From the NCBI RefSeq assembly GCF_964204645.1, contig NC_134025.1, positions 15,190,001-15,254,000 of the forward strand: 64,000 nucleotides of DNA. The letters are read 5' to 3'. Made by a program: the position numbers and the translations under genes. Below the pieces are notes generated by a model. It was not told the DNA's origin. It did not search any database and saw only the letters and a program-made list of their open reading frames with translations. Below, one piece after another: positions 1 through 11,700 of this stretch. Numbering within the stretch: the stretch's first letter is position 1; every line of letters starts with the position of its first letter. Source of the DNA: Tubulanus polymorphus. Lineage: Eukaryota; Animalia; Nemertea.

Positions 1-540
1 ATTTTGATACCGACAGTTACATATTAAAGATAAAAACTAATAACATAACTGATGATTTAAAAACATTAAAACATCATTTTGATTTCAGTAATTATCCTAA
101 AGATCATGAATTGTTTAGCAATGATAATAAAAAGCGACCCGGGAAGTTTTGAGGATGAATTAGGCGGTGAAGAAATGCTAGAGTTCATAGGTATTAGATC
201 TAAAATGTATTCATATAAAACTAAAGAACATGAAGCTAAACAGTTAAAAGGAATTACCAAAAGTGTAGTAGAAAAGAATATTTATTTCAAAGATTATATC
301 AATTGTATATTCAAAGAAGAAGTTAGAAAACATAAGATGAAATGTTAAACATCTGAAGATCATGAAATGTTTATTGAAGAGATAGAGAAGATAAGTCTAA
401 ACCCATTTGATAATAAAAGATATATTTTAGATGATGGAATTCATACAGTTGCTTATGGTTGTAATTTAGATGAATATCTAAAGTTCAAAAGAGAAGAAAC
501 AAAAGAGAACGAGACAATGAAAAGAATTCTAACGTGTTAA
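1..540 (+). pseudogene. pPolB: C-terminal part of protein-primed family B DNA polymerase, disrupted
   Basis: FDTDS at window start, GSFEDELGGEEMLEFIGIRSKMYSY, premature stop at 346-348, ancestral frame continues to TAA 538-540. Confidence 0.88.
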
Positions 541-569
541 TCAAATTTTAATAAAAATATGTATTATAA

Positions 570-923
570 ATGGAAAGTAAACAAGCAAACAGTGAGAACA
601 ACAAATTATTTCTAGATAGAATAAAAGATACTTCAAATGTCAAATCAGTAGATTATAAATTTAAGAAGTTAACAGAATTAACAATCCATAAGAAATATCT
701 AATTACAGATATTGTTACAGTTACTAACAAATATGGAGATAAATTAGTTATACACTTAGAATATGAAGGATTAAAAGGAAATACATATAAATTCAGAACA
801 TATTTACCAGATAGATTTCATAGATTATCAAGTGAAGATTTACAAGAATTATGTTCTGGAGATTTCTATTTCGTATACAAAGGTAAGAATGAAAAAGGGC
901 ACCATGAAATAGATTTCGAATAA
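570..923 (+). CDS. 117-aa protein, putative OB-fold/ssDNA-binding-like accessory protein
   Basis: Intact ORF directly after pPolB, conserved in both copies; FKKLTEL..KKYLIT..TNKYGDKLVIHL..FRTYLPDRF pattern; function is inference. Confidence 0.6.
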   Translation: MESKQANSENNKLFLDRIKDTSNVKSVDYKFKKLTELTIHKKYLITDIVTVTNKYGDKLVIHLEYEGLKGNTYKFRTYLPDRFHRLSSEDLQELCSGDFYFVYKGKNEKGHHEIDFE

Positions 924-940
924 GAAAATATGTAAAATAA

Positions 941-1192
941 ATGGTAGAATTAAAAGAATACAGAATATTTGTTGATTCAAGAAGGCTTACTTATTATAAA
1001 TCACATAATTTACTAGTACAATTAGATAGAGAATTTAAGAATTGTGTAGATTTAAAATTAGTTAACGTAAGTTTATGTAATTCTTTTCATAATATATCGA
1101 ATAAAAGTCTTGATCATTTAGCTTTTAAAATTCATGTTAGAAATTTGAATAAATGGTTTCATCTTTATCTAAAACCAGGATTATATAATTAA
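941..1192 (+). pseudogene. Truncated 5' part of putative minor capsid protein gene
   Basis: Homologous to the 5' part of 7642-8402; cut at the ~1190 junction. Confidence 0.65.
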
Positions 1193-1949
1193 GAAACTTA
1201 TTCTTCACCCTTTTTACCGCATCATCAATAGTTGTTTCATTGTTATGCTTATTCATCCAATCAAATTTATCATTATTTTCTACTTTATGTTTCATAGAAT
1301 CTTTATTATCAATATGCTTATCTGTAACTATATTTTCATTATCATCTTTATTAGTGTTTGCTCCTAATATTTCATTTACAGTGTTTGATCCTAATATTTC
1401 ATTAGCATCAGTTAAATCTAATTCATCTTTATTAGGTGTTGCTAATAAAAAATCTTCATATAATTCTTTACCATTTACTTTTTTATTTGAAACAAACTTT
1501 GTGACATATCTAAATGGGTGTTCTATAAATTCTCTTAAACCAACACGTTCTATAACATTAGTAATATGTACCTTTGTATTCATATGTTTATTCCAATTTG
1601 ATGGAGCGTTTGAAAATTCACCTTTACAATAAGCACAATAATTTCTATTTTCACTAACATTTAATATTATTGCATTATTAGATGTAGAAGGTATTACATT
1701 ATTAGATGTAGTAGGTATTACTGTAGTAGGTATTACTGTCGTAGGTATTACATTATTATCAATTACATTACTTAAATTATCAACAACACCACTTTTATTA
1801 TTATCGATTTCTATTAGTTTAGTTTTATAAATTTTGAAAATAGGATCAAATATCAAAGCTATATTACAAGGTATTACATAATATAAACCATCATTATTTT
1901 CATGTGTATCGATGTATGGAATATGTTTATATACTTTACCTCCTTCCAT
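1137..1949 (-). CDS. C2H2-type zinc-finger protein with short internal repeats, probably 3'-truncated by the junction
   Basis: YCAYCKGEFSNAPSNWNKHMNTKVH; VIPTT x3 and NEILG x2 repeats; last ~18 codons read into the other copy. Confidence 0.65.
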   Translation of the reverse strand: MEGGKVYKHIPYIDTHENNDGLYYVIPCNIALIFDPIFKIYKTKLIEIDNNKSGVVDNLSNVIDNNVIPTTVIPTTVIPTTSNNVIPSTSNNAIILNVSENRNYCAYCKGEFSNAPSNWNKHMNTKVHITNVIERVGLREFIEHPFRYVTKFVSNKKVNGKELYEDFLLATPNKDELDLTDANEILGSNTVNEILGANTNKDDNENIVTDKHIDNKDSMKHKVENNDKFDWMNKHNNETTIDDAVKRVKNKFLNYIILVLDKDETIYSNF

Positions 1950-1981
1950 TTAATATAAGATTTTTTATTAAAGTTAAAATT

Positions 1982-3229
1982 TTAATACATAACACTATCT
2001 AATTGTGAATTTACAATATTTAATTGCGCGTCAGATATAATATAAATATGCATTTTGAAATTTAGGCTTCCCTTTTTCTTTGTCATGAATAATTGTATTC
2101 CATCTTTAGTGTTTTGTAGTTTTTTTCCAGAACCATGTAATGAATTATCCTCTGTTGTTCTAAAATCTAACCATAATGCATATTTATTACCGGTATAATA
2201 ATCAATTTGATTAATATTACAATTTTCAGATGATTTCACATTTTCATTCATAAAATGTTTTCTAATTTCTGGCCATTGATCAATCATTCTCATTCCTTGA
2301 CAAAATATTTTATTTGCTATTCCTTCGATAGTTATTTTTACTTTTGTTATTTCAGGATTATAATAATTATCAACATTTATTGCACCATTAGAATATGTTG
2401 CAATGGTAAAAAATATCAATATACCTTTAATAGATCTTCTTGGGAAGTTAATATTCTCATTAATTATTTCATCATTTGCATTAATAGTTACAGTTTTAAA
2501 TTTATCAATATAATCATATAATAATGAAAATCCTTGATTGTATTGAGTTTGAATTATACTTGAAATATTTTCATCAGTTACTGTATCATATTCTAAACAT
2601 ATATTCGATAATTTATAACTCATATCTTTAACAACGCTAGATAATACAATTTCATTTACAGGAGCAAATGTTATTTCGAATGTAACATCTTCTTGAATTG
2701 CATATTTATATAAAGGTGCATTGTTATTTATCAATTCAAAGTCTAATGGAATTTTATATTTGCTTCCATAAATCTTTTTTATCAAATTATCTGCGGTGCG
2801 AGTTACTATTGCGTCATTAGCTCCTGATCTTAATTTATTTTGGTTTTCTGATTGGATTCCTTGAAATATCATATTATTTCTATTTTCTTTAGTTAACCAT
2901 AAATCTTTATAATGCATGAATAAATTATAATCATCTAATGAGAAAACTGTTTCTGGACCAATCTTTATTGTTAACTTTTTAATCAAATATCTTCGAACAC
3001 TATCAACAACATAATTATTATTATTACCGATTACTTTTATATCAGCTGATAAATAAATACTATTTGGAACGTAAAAAGTATTTTGTGTTAATCGATGGAT
3101 TCTAACATATAAAGTTTCATCCGGATTAATATTAGAAGGGTTATTAGTAATTATATGATGATATCTTTCTGCTTTAATAGCATTAGATATTCTATGATTC
3201 TTAGAAGGATTGATATAACTCCCACTCAT
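1982..3229 (-). CDS. Putative double jelly-roll major capsid protein (415 aa)
   Basis: Intact ORF, MCP-like size and beta-rich pattern (LIKKLTIKIG, YKIPLDFEL, FEITFAP, YKLSNICLEYD, PRRSIKGILIFF, YALWLDFR, HIYIISDAQLNI); Polinton context. Confidence 0.75.
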   Translation of the reverse strand: MSGSYINPSKNHRISNAIKAERYHHIITNNPSNINPDETLYVRIHRLTQNTFYVPNSIYLSADIKVIGNNNNYVVDSVRRYLIKKLTIKIGPETVFSLDDYNLFMHYKDLWLTKENRNNMIFQGIQSENQNKLRSGANDAIVTRTADNLIKKIYGSKYKIPLDFELINNNAPLYKYAIQEDVTFEITFAPVNEIVLSSVVKDMSYKLSNICLEYDTVTDENISSIIQTQYNQGFSLLYDYIDKFKTVTINANDEIINENINFPRRSIKGILIFFTIATYSNGAINVDNYYNPEITKVKITIEGIANKIFCQGMRMIDQWPEIRKHFMNENVKSSENCNINQIDYYTGNKYALWLDFRTTEDNSLHGSGKKLQNTKDGIQLFMTKKKGSLNFKMHIYIISDAQLNIVNSQLDSVMY

Positions 3230-3245
3230 TTATTTAACAAAAAAA
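3227..3245 (-). promoter_or_regulatory. Poxvirus-late-like promoter T7-GTTAAA-TAAATG of the major capsid gene (representative of a repeated motif)
   Basis: Same T-run/6-7-nt spacer/TAAATG architecture at starts 4732, 6140, 6591, 7039, 7285 and 7624; function inferred. Confidence 0.65.
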
Positions 3246-3269
3246 TTAATTATTTATTTTTGATCATGT

Positions 3270-4732
3270 TTACTTGATATTTTTTGATATCATATTTACT
3301 AACCCAAAAATAATAGCACTTACAACTGTAATTAAAAATAAAATAATATGTTCAGCAGCAAAGTTAATAATGTTTCCTGCAGATTTCAATATAAAACCAA
3401 CAATTGATGCAATAACTCCTGGCAATGCTGCAGCAGATTTTTTAGATAGTTCCCATAAATATTTTGCTAATTTCTTTAAACCATCTTTAACTTTATCTTG
3501 TATAGAATTATTATCATTCGGGGGTTTATCCGGTTTATTGGGAGTAGGAGTAGATTTTAAAGCATTTGATATTGCTAAACCTATTGTTGTTAATAACATA
3601 GTTACAGCTGTTAGAATTGAAAGAATTGTTATTCCTTCTAATTTAAATAATAACTGTATTCTATCTTTCAATGATATTTCAGAATTTGGTTTAATCAACA
3701 AATCTTTAAAAATAACTTTTAATCTATTAATATTATAATCATATGATTTTAACAATAATTTAATTTCTTCTTTTTGTAATTCTATGTTATATTCTAAATC
3801 ATCTTTTTCTTTTTCTAAATATGCATTTCTTTTTTTAAATTCAATTTCTTCAATAACTTTATTATCTCTATCTAATTTTAATTGTTCTATTTCTTTATTT
3901 TTATCAGTTAATTCTTTTTCTAAAGTTCTAATTTTAAAATCTCTTATACTTTTATCATGCGCGATTTTATCAGATGCAAGTCTTATACTAATAATTTCTC
4001 TAATTGCTTTATCAGAAAATATATCTAAATCTTCTAATTCTTGATCTGTTGCATCAAGTAATCCATTCGGTAAAAGTTTTTCAATTGGAACTTTATTTGA
4101 TTTAAGTTTACTAGTTTTGGAAGTTTTATTCGTTCAGAAGTTGTTTCTGTTTCTGGATTATCTTTGATTGTTTCAAATAATTCATTAATTCTTTGTTTAA
4201 ATACTCTTTCATTTTTAATAATTTCTTCTTGTGTTACATCTTCTATTTCATTACCATTTCTTATTATTTTAATTCTAGATAGTAATGAGTCAGACTTAAG
4301 CAAAGTTGATTCTGCTAATATTTTGTTTTGTTTTTTATAAGAGATATCAATATAATAATCATCTGTCAAATGATAATAATATTCACCATCTAAAGATTTT
4401 AATTCTTGTACTAAAAGTCTGGCGCCTCTATCATTTATATTATATCCAGATTCTTTAAATACATGTTGAAATTCATACATAAATTCGTAATTTTCTAAAT
4501 TTTCTCTTTCTAAACCTGGGTCTAAATTTTCAGTAGGTATTCTCGATCTAATTCTTCTATCATTTTCTTCTGTTGATGGGACTTTAGAACCACTATCTGC
4601 TAAATTAGAATTATATGCTGATTCATCATCATTATCAATATTAGTTTCATTAAAATCAGGTTGTGGTTCATCACTTATACCGGGTTCATCACCAAAAGGA
4701 TTCAATGGGATATCTTCTCCACCTTCTGCCAT
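3270..4732 (-). pseudogene. ~490-aa protein with acidic N-terminus, coiled coil and C-terminal transmembrane helices, split by one frameshift near 4080-4130
   Basis: ORFs 4034-4732 and 3270-3755 are joined by an open frame through 3756-4085 (LEKLLPNGLLDATDQELED..LQKEEIKLLLKSYD); hydrophobic segments ITILSILTAVTMLLTTIGLAI and IILFLITVVSAIIFGLV. Confidence 0.7.
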
Positions 4733-4748
4733 TTACATAATAAAAAAA

Positions 4749-6140
4749 TTAAAATTTAAAATATAATATTCCTCCGATTACAATTCCTATACAAGTTATA
4801 GCTAATTTAGTATTTTCATGGGATTTATTATCATCATTAGTTTTAATTATATCATGTTGAATATTATCAGTTTTTATATTTTCTGATGTATTATAATCTT
4901 TTATTTTAGAATCATTATTTAATTTGATATTATTAGTTTTAGTTTCTGTTGATTGAATGTGTTTTTTATTTTTTACACCTTCCATTAATTTTGGAGCAGT
5001 AATAATCTTTTTATTTATATCATTTAATCCAAATGAATTATTTATTGTTGCAGTTTTAATTAGATTATTATAACCAATTATATTTCCCATCTTTAATACT
5101 AAATCATTAGAAATAATTAATAGATTAGGGCCTATACAATAATTAAGCCTTACATGAGATTTATCTAAATAATTTTGATATCTTATAATGTTTTCTGGAA
5201 TCGATCTATTTTTATCATTATGTATGGAATCATCAAATAATACTTTGAATTGTTTTGGTGTATCGAATGATGTATTCAAATTTCCAATTATCGGGGATCT
5301 TCTTTCAACTTGCGCACCTAAAATACATATTAAATAAGTTCTAATAGATTGATTTATTCTTTGTACACCTGATTTTGTAAAACCTTCATTATTTTCTAAA
5401 ATGAAATAAACCCAACCATTATTGTTTTCTTGTTTTAAATTATCATAAAATGTCGGTAATTTATTAAAATTTAATGTTTCTAAATCCCTAGTTTCTATTT
5501 TACCATAACCTAATTTATGACTATAGATATTATACAAACTATTAGATGGTATGGGAAGTGCACAATATTCTGCAATCTTTTTAGGGCAAGGAAGTGATCT
5601 TATTGTTCCAATTTTTGTTCTTCTAAAATCAGAATTATTTATATCTATATTAAATTCATTACAAATTTTATAAAACTTAGATAAATTAATATTATTATCT
5701 AATTCTTTAAAATATCTAGATCCTGGTAAAGCGCACTCTAATTCATTTAATATTATTCTTATTTGAAAGTATGTATGAAATCTAAATAAACTTTGAATTA
5801 ATTTATATTTAGAATTATTCAAATGATCATTCCAACTAATTCCACAACCTGTTGTTGCACAATAAACAGCAAAATTTAATTGGATCTGCCAATACTTCAT
5901 ATTAGATTTTAATAACCATTGTTTTTCATCTTTCAATTTTTTAAAATTAATTAAATATACATGAAATATATTTTCCATCTTTGCATTAAAATTATTAGTT
6001 TCAGTGACATAAATTTCTAAATTAGTTAATGAATCTAAAACTTCATTTCTATATGTAATATCTTCATTAAAATCTATTGCTGGAATATTATATTTCATTG
6101 ATTTATTATATTGGAAAGCTTTTGGAAAACTATCTACCAT
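4749..6140 (-). CDS. 463-aa viral protein of unknown function with C-terminal membrane anchor
   Basis: Long intact ORF in AT-rich DNA, YWQIQLNFAVYCATTGCGIS motif, terminal LAITCIGIVIGGILYFKF. Confidence 0.8.
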   Translation of the reverse strand: MVDSFPKAFQYNKSMKYNIPAIDFNEDITYRNEVLDSLTNLEIYVTETNNFNAKMENIFHVYLINFKKLKDEKQWLLKSNMKYWQIQLNFAVYCATTGCGISWNDHLNNSKYKLIQSLFRFHTYFQIRIILNELECALPGSRYFKELDNNINLSKFYKICNEFNIDINNSDFRRTKIGTIRSLPCPKKIAEYCALPIPSNSLYNIYSHKLGYGKIETRDLETLNFNKLPTFYDNLKQENNNGWVYFILENNEGFTKSGVQRINQSIRTYLICILGAQVERRSPIIGNLNTSFDTPKQFKVLFDDSIHNDKNRSIPENIIRYQNYLDKSHVRLNYCIGPNLLIISNDLVLKMGNIIGYNNLIKTATINNSFGLNDINKKIITAPKLMEGVKNKKHIQSTETKTNNIKLNNDSKIKDYNTSENIKTDNIQHDIIKTNDDNKSHENTKLAITCIGIVIGGILYFKF

Positions 6141-6156
6141 TTATATAATTAAAAAA

Positions 6157-6591
6157 TTAATAATTTATTAATTCTTTTAATAATTTATCTTGTTCTTCAA
6201 CTGTTATATGGCCATTTAAACTTATTATATAATCTAGTGTATTCTTTAATTTATTAATTTCTTTTATATTAGTTTTAATTTTTTCTTTATTACTTTTTAT
6301 ATTTAATTTTGAACTTATACCGGTTAAAACACTTGAACTTAATCCTAATACACCAATTGATATAGCTAAAGGTGTTAATGGACTGAATATTGCTAGAAAT
6401 GTTATTACAGAACTAATTGTAACCGAACCACTTATAATCAAATAATATATAATTTTACTTTTTAAATATTTTTTCTTTTTAACTTTTAAATCATTTTCAA
6501 ATTCTAATATTTGTTTTTCTAAATATGTTTTTAATTTAGTTTTATTTATATCATGAGGAATAATATCAATATTATCAACTTTATCATCCAT
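6157..6591 (-). CDS. 144-aa two-helix membrane protein with flanking coiled coils
   Basis: Central hydrophobic hairpin IIYYLIISGSVTISSVITFLAIFSPLTPLAISIGVLGLSSSVLTGI; TAAATG start. Confidence 0.75.
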   Translation of the reverse strand: MDDKVDNIDIIPHDINKTKLKTYLEKQILEFENDLKVKKKKYLKSKIIYYLIISGSVTISSVITFLAIFSPLTPLAISIGVLGLSSSVLTGISSKLNIKSNKEKIKTNIKEINKLKNTLDYIISLNGHITVEEQDKLLKELINY

Positions 6592-6616
6592 TTATTTAAC
6601 AAAAAATAATAAATAA

Positions 6617-7039
6617 TTAATTAGTAAACTTATAAGCAACAAATATAACAATAACAGTTCCACCTAAAATCCATATTATTTCATATTTCTTCTGTTCATT
6701 ACTTGGGGTATAATAATCTGATAATTTAGGTCTGTATAGATGTAATTTTTCTTTATTGGTTACCGCGTTATATAAACTCATTGCATCATCAACTGATTGA
6801 AAATCTCTATGTGAAATCTTCTGATCATATAATTCTTTGTTAATATAATCCATATAGTTTTGCCTCTTTTCTCTATATTCTTCTGCTGCTTTTTTGTATT
6901 TCTCTAATGCTAAGTTATGTCTTCTTTGTTCTCCTAATGAACTATTTTTATCAATATGCTTAAATAAATAACCGCCACCAGTAAATGCTAAAGCGTTAAC
7001 AATTGCCGATCCTATAATAGTTATAATTGCAGAAGCCAT
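6617..7039 (-). CDS. 140-aa membrane protein
   Basis: Hydrophobic N- and C-termini around a charged helix (RRHNLALEKY); TAAATG start. Confidence 0.78.
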   Translation of the reverse strand: MASAIITIIGSAIVNALAFTGGGYLFKHIDKNSSLGEQRRHNLALEKYKKAAEEYREKRQNYMDYINKELYDQKISHRDFQSVDDAMSLYNAVTNKEKLHLYRPKLSDYYTPSNEQKKYEIIWILGGTVIVIFVAYKFTN

Positions 7040-7063
7040 TTATTTAGTAAAATAATTACGCAT

Positions 7064-7285
7064 TTATATGGGAGGAATATATTTTTGTTTTTCCAAATAA
7101 TCAATAGTTAAATTAGATAAAGTAACTGCTAATGTTAATTTTAAAATATCATTTATATCAAATCTATCAACATTAACACTTCCCATTTTAAATACTTTTT
7201 TTATTACCATTGAATAACCAACAGTTCCAACTGATAGTAATGCGCCATTATATAATCCAGTTATTATCCACTTATTATCACTCAT
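7064..7285 (-). CDS. 73-aa small hydrophobic protein
   Basis: Tightly packed ORF with TAAATG start sharing the upstream stop codon; two hydrophobic stretches. Confidence 0.7.
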   Translation of the reverse strand: MSDNKWIITGLYNGALLSVGTVGYSMVIKKVFKMGSVNVDRFDINDILKLTLAVTLSNLTIDYLEKQKYIPPI

Positions 7286-7624
7286 TTATTTATCAAAAAA
7301 ATTACTATCATCAAAATATTTAGTTAACTTATTTATGATTAATTCAACATTTATTTCATTACTACTTTGATGATTATCATATATTTTGGATAATATGTTT
7401 TTGATATCTTCAATAATTCCATCTTCACTTAATTCATAATATTCTAAAGGCGTTTTAATTAAATCAATTACTTTTTCTATATTATAATTTTCTTTATGAA
7501 TCATTGCATTGTTAAATGATTTACTTTTTATATCAGTAATTACATCATTTAGTTTAATTCTCATTTCTTTACCATGTTTAAAATCAAACCCAAAACATAT
7601 ACTCGGTCCAACAGTTATATTCAT
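7286..7624 (-). CDS. 112-aa hypothetical viral protein
   Basis: Fills the gap between neighbours exactly; T7-N7-TAAATG start. Confidence 0.65.
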   Translation of the reverse strand: MNITVGPSICFGFDFKHGKEMRIKLNDVITDIKSKSFNNAMIHKENYNIEKVIDLIKTPLEYYELSEDGIIEDIKNILSKIYDNHQSSNEINVELIINKLTKYFDDSNFFDK

Positions 7625-7641
7625 TTATATAGTGAAAAAAA

Positions 7642-8402
7642 TTACTCTCTACATCTTATAACTAATTCATAAATTACAGGGAAATTATTTAAATCAATTA
7701 AGTATCCATTATGATTTCTAATTTCTAATCTAAAATTATTAAAACGAGGAATGCATGGTTTGAAATCACATTCTGTTAAATTATAATTTATTTGCGTTCC
7801 AAATTCTTTAAAATTCTTCAATGGTAAAATGTTTAGTAAACCAGAATTACAAGTTATATCTTTAGTTGCTTCGAATGTTTTTGTAGGATCGATTAAATTG
7901 CAATAAATATAAAAGTGTGGGTAAGGTATTAAGTTTGGTGTAGTAGCGTCAATATTTGTAAAAGATCTATCTGGAAGAATTCCTAACAGTTTAGCTATAG
8001 GTTTTTTTACCATAAATTTATGTTTTTCACTATTAGACAACCTTATCGTTATTCTATCAGAACTCTCACTTTTTAAAAATCTAATACTAAACCCAGAACT
8101 ACTACCTAATTTGTGCCAGGCTTTTCTATTAATTTCTTGTGCTAATGTATCTAAATTATATAACCCCGGTTTTAAATATATATAGACCCATTCATTTTTA
8201 TTTTTATTAAAAATTAAAAAAGCTCTATGTTCAATAGTTTTATCCGATATATTATAAAAAGAATTACATAAACTTATATTAACTAATTTTAAATCTACAC
8301 AATTCTTAAATTCTCTATCTAATTGTACTAGTAAATTATGAGATTTATAATTTGTAAGTTTCTAGAATCTACAAATATTCTGTATTCTTTTTATTCTACC
8401 AT
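7642..8402 (-). pseudogene. Putative minor capsid (penton-like) protein, disrupted at the 5' end
   Basis: ATG at 8400-8402; codon 4 is TAA versus TTA in the other copy, plus a 1-nt deletion; C-terminus FYIYCNLID..SGLLNILPL..FRLEIRNHNGYLIDLNNFPVIYELVIR resembles Polinton minor capsid proteins. Confidence 0.65.
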
Positions 8403-8419
8403 TTATTTTACATATTTTC

Positions 8420-8746
8420 TTATTCGAAATCTATTTCATGGTGCCCTTTTTCATTCTTACCTTTGTATACGAAATAGAAATCACCAGATAATCTATGAAA
8501 TCTATCCGGTAAATATGTTCTGAATTTATATGTATTTCCTTTTAATCCTTCATATTCTAAGTGTATAACTAATTTATCTCCATAGTTATTAGTAACTGTA
8601 TCAATATTTGTAATAAGATATTTCTTATGAATTGTTAATTCTGTTAACTTTTTGAATTTATAATCTACAGATTTTACATTTGTAGTATATTTAATTCTAT
8701 CTAGAAATGATTTGTTTTTCTCACTGTGTGTTTGTTTACTCTCCAT
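8420..8746 (-). CDS. SSB-like accessory protein, copy of 570-923 with a 9-aa deletion
   Basis: Near-identical to the 117-aa protein; lacks 9 residues around SSEDLQELC. Confidence 0.65.
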   Translation of the reverse strand: MESKQTHSEKNKSFLDRIKYTTNVKSVDYKFKKLTELTIHKKYLITNIDTVTNNYGDKLVIHLEYEGLKGNTYKFRTYLPDRFHRLSGDFYFVYKGKNEKGHHEIDFE

Positions 8747-8775
8747 TTTAATAACATATTTTTATTAAAATTTGA

Positions 8776-11700
8776 TTAACACGTTAGAATTCTTTTCATT
8801 ATCTCGTTCTCTTTTGTTTCTTCTCTTATTTTAAGTATTCATCTAAATTACAACCATAAGCAACTGTATGAATTCCATCATCCAGAATATATCTTTTATC
8901 ATCAAATGGGTTTAGACTTATCTTTTCAATTTCTTCAATAAACATTTCATGATCTTCAGATCTTAAACATCTCATCTTATGTTTTCTAACTTCTTCATTG
9001 AATATACAATTGATGTAATCTTTGAAATGAATATTCTTTTCTACTACACTTTTGGTTATTCCTCTTAACTTTTTAGCTTCATGAGTTTTAGTTTTATATG
9101 AATACATTTTAGATCTAATACCTATGAACTCTATCATTTCTTCGCCACCTAATTCATCCTTAAACTTCCCTGGAACTTTTTTATTATCATTGCTAAACAA
9201 TTCATGATTTTTAGGATAATTACTAAAATCAAAATGGTGTTTTAATGTTTTTAAATCATCAGTTATGTTATCAGTTTTTATCTTTAATATGTAAGAATCT
9301 GTATCAAAATATAATATTTCTATATGTTTTTCTCCAAAAAGTGGTTGTAATACATTATAATAGAATTCATACATTAGTAATTTTGATAATTCTAAAACTG
9401 AAGCGCCAACATAGATTGGTTTATTAAATTTCATTGATGTTCTTCTCATCTTAACTGCGGCTAAATTTTCATCAAATATTCTGTTACCAATGAACTTAGG
9501 ATATGATTGTAAATGTCTAATTCTTTTACCATTACTGACTAACTCAATATCATTTCTATTTCTAATATTTTCACAAGTCTAACCATAGAATGCATTATTC
9601 ATTAACTTGAAGAAATCTTTTTCGAAATCAGTTTTAGCTTTAGTTCTCTGTTTGGTGTTAAAATCTATATATTTTTCTAACCACTTAGATTGACTAAATG
9701 AAATATATCTATGTACTTTTTTTAGAACCATTCCTTGTTTTAGATAAAACTTTAACATTCTATAATGTACTACATAATTATATTTATCTTCTTGAGTTAC
9801 CATTAACTTTTCTGTATGAATATGATTTTCGGGTTTAATTCTTTTTTGATAATTTGATAATTCTTCATGAGTTACAGTTTTATGTTCGGGGCAGTATGCT
9901 AGATTTCTAGATTTAAATTTAATATGTTCAGGATATTCTAAATCTACAACAAAGAAGTAACCAGTATCTGAATCATCTGCAATATCTAGGATTCTTTTTT
10001 TCCAATCAAATGTATCATTATTTTCATTCTGTAAAACTTCAGTTAATTCAAATACTCCATAAGGTTGTGGTTCCATCATTGCCCAACCATACAAATTATT
10101 TGCGTCTATATATAATAACTTATATCCGGGGTTATCATTTACATTGAAATATCTATCCCCCAATACACCTGAAACTCCTCCTCTTATAGATTTTTCAAAT
10201 AATAGTAATTGATCTATATTTGTTAACAAATCCATTTTTATATCTGTAAATTTTAATCCACAATCCCATGTTAATCCTGGTGATGAATAACAATGACAAG
10301 GATCAATGTTAAAATATTTTAGGTTAACATCTCTAAACCTTTCGAATATATCGGTTAATAATAATACATCTGATTTTAGATATGAATCTACTAATTGTCC
10401 ATGATTTTCTATTTTGAAATGATTCCAAATATTCAATGTTCTATTATAGACTTCATCTTTAACATATTCATTTTTTAATTCATCATAGAATTGTTCTTTC
10501 AATAATTCAGTTATATTGAAATCATTATGTGATTTATAAAATGAATATGGAATCGCTCCTTTATATCTCATTAATTGAAAATCATCATTATTTGGGTAAT
10601 GTTGCTTTAATATTTTTAATTCATCATCAACTAATGATTTTGATAAGTTATCTAATGAACTATTTAAAAATCTATATGAATCTATAAATCTTAGGCAACC
10701 AAATTGGAATGATGTTTTAGCTTACATTCTAAATTTATAAGTTGGTATTTTATCTTTTGATCTATTTGAATTTAATCTTTCTATTTCATTATTAATTTCT
10801 TCTATTTTATGACATAACTGTTTGATAAATAAATGTGCATCATATCCTGATAGATTATGAAATATAACTGGTACAAAGTTAATTTTCTTAGCTTGTAAGT
10901 TACAATTCTCATGTGCAGCGCCTCTAAACTTTCCGTTCAAATGATCATGGTCTCTTACTTTTTATCTTTATAATTAAATATCTTTTCACATTAATAACAT
11001 TTATCTGCAAACGCAAATTCTTCTTTATCTTCTTCTGTCATTATAATTTCTTTATTTGTATTCAATAATTTACTAAATCTTATTTCATATTCAATTAATA
11101 AGTCACAAAAATGATTGATAACATTTTCATTTCTATAATCATAATATTCACTATCAATTAGTTCTGGATAATCAGATTTTATATATAACCGGAAAGCAGC
11201 AGCTGATTGATGAATCTTTTTAATTGTATTTGTTTTTGGTGGTTCATCTGAAAAAATCATTTTCATTAGAATTTAATTTCTTTCTCTTATAATATATTTC
11301 TTTTCTATCTTGATCAGTTAATTCTTTATTTAATGATTCAAAATCTCCTTATATTACAAATGGTACTTTATTTTTGTAATCATATTTTTTGAATTCTAAT
11401 ATTTTATCTTTTTCATTTGGTAAAACTAATTTACAATAATCATGATTATCACATAATTGTTTATGATTTAATAATGTACTTTCATTACTGAATCTATGTA
11501 AACATTTTCTACAAAGATATATTTTATGGTGATCATTTTCTGATTTAAAAAATAAATCTATTTGTTTAATCCACATATAATGATTCTCATAATATAATAT
11601 ATCTATAACATCGTTTGAATCATAATCTTTTGATAGGTATAAAGGTTCTAATGTATAATGTTTTATATTGTTACCTTTTGTATTTGGTAATTTGATTAAA

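Larger units (their letters stand above)
1..1190 (+). mobile_element. Fragment of a second Polinton-like virus copy (pPolB 3' end, SSB-like gene, 5' part of minor capsid gene), opposite orientation to 1191-13258
   Basis: Diverged reverse-complement match to ~8155-9310 (SKMYSYKTK, MESKQ, MVELKEYRIFVDSR); similarity stops after ttatataatt at ~1190. Confidence 0.9.

Noticed and set aside
1240-4044. Plus-strand ORFs 1240-1632, 2255-2521, 3274-3738, 3784-4044
   Set aside because: Antisense shadows of real minus-strand genes; no TAAATG start, biased composition
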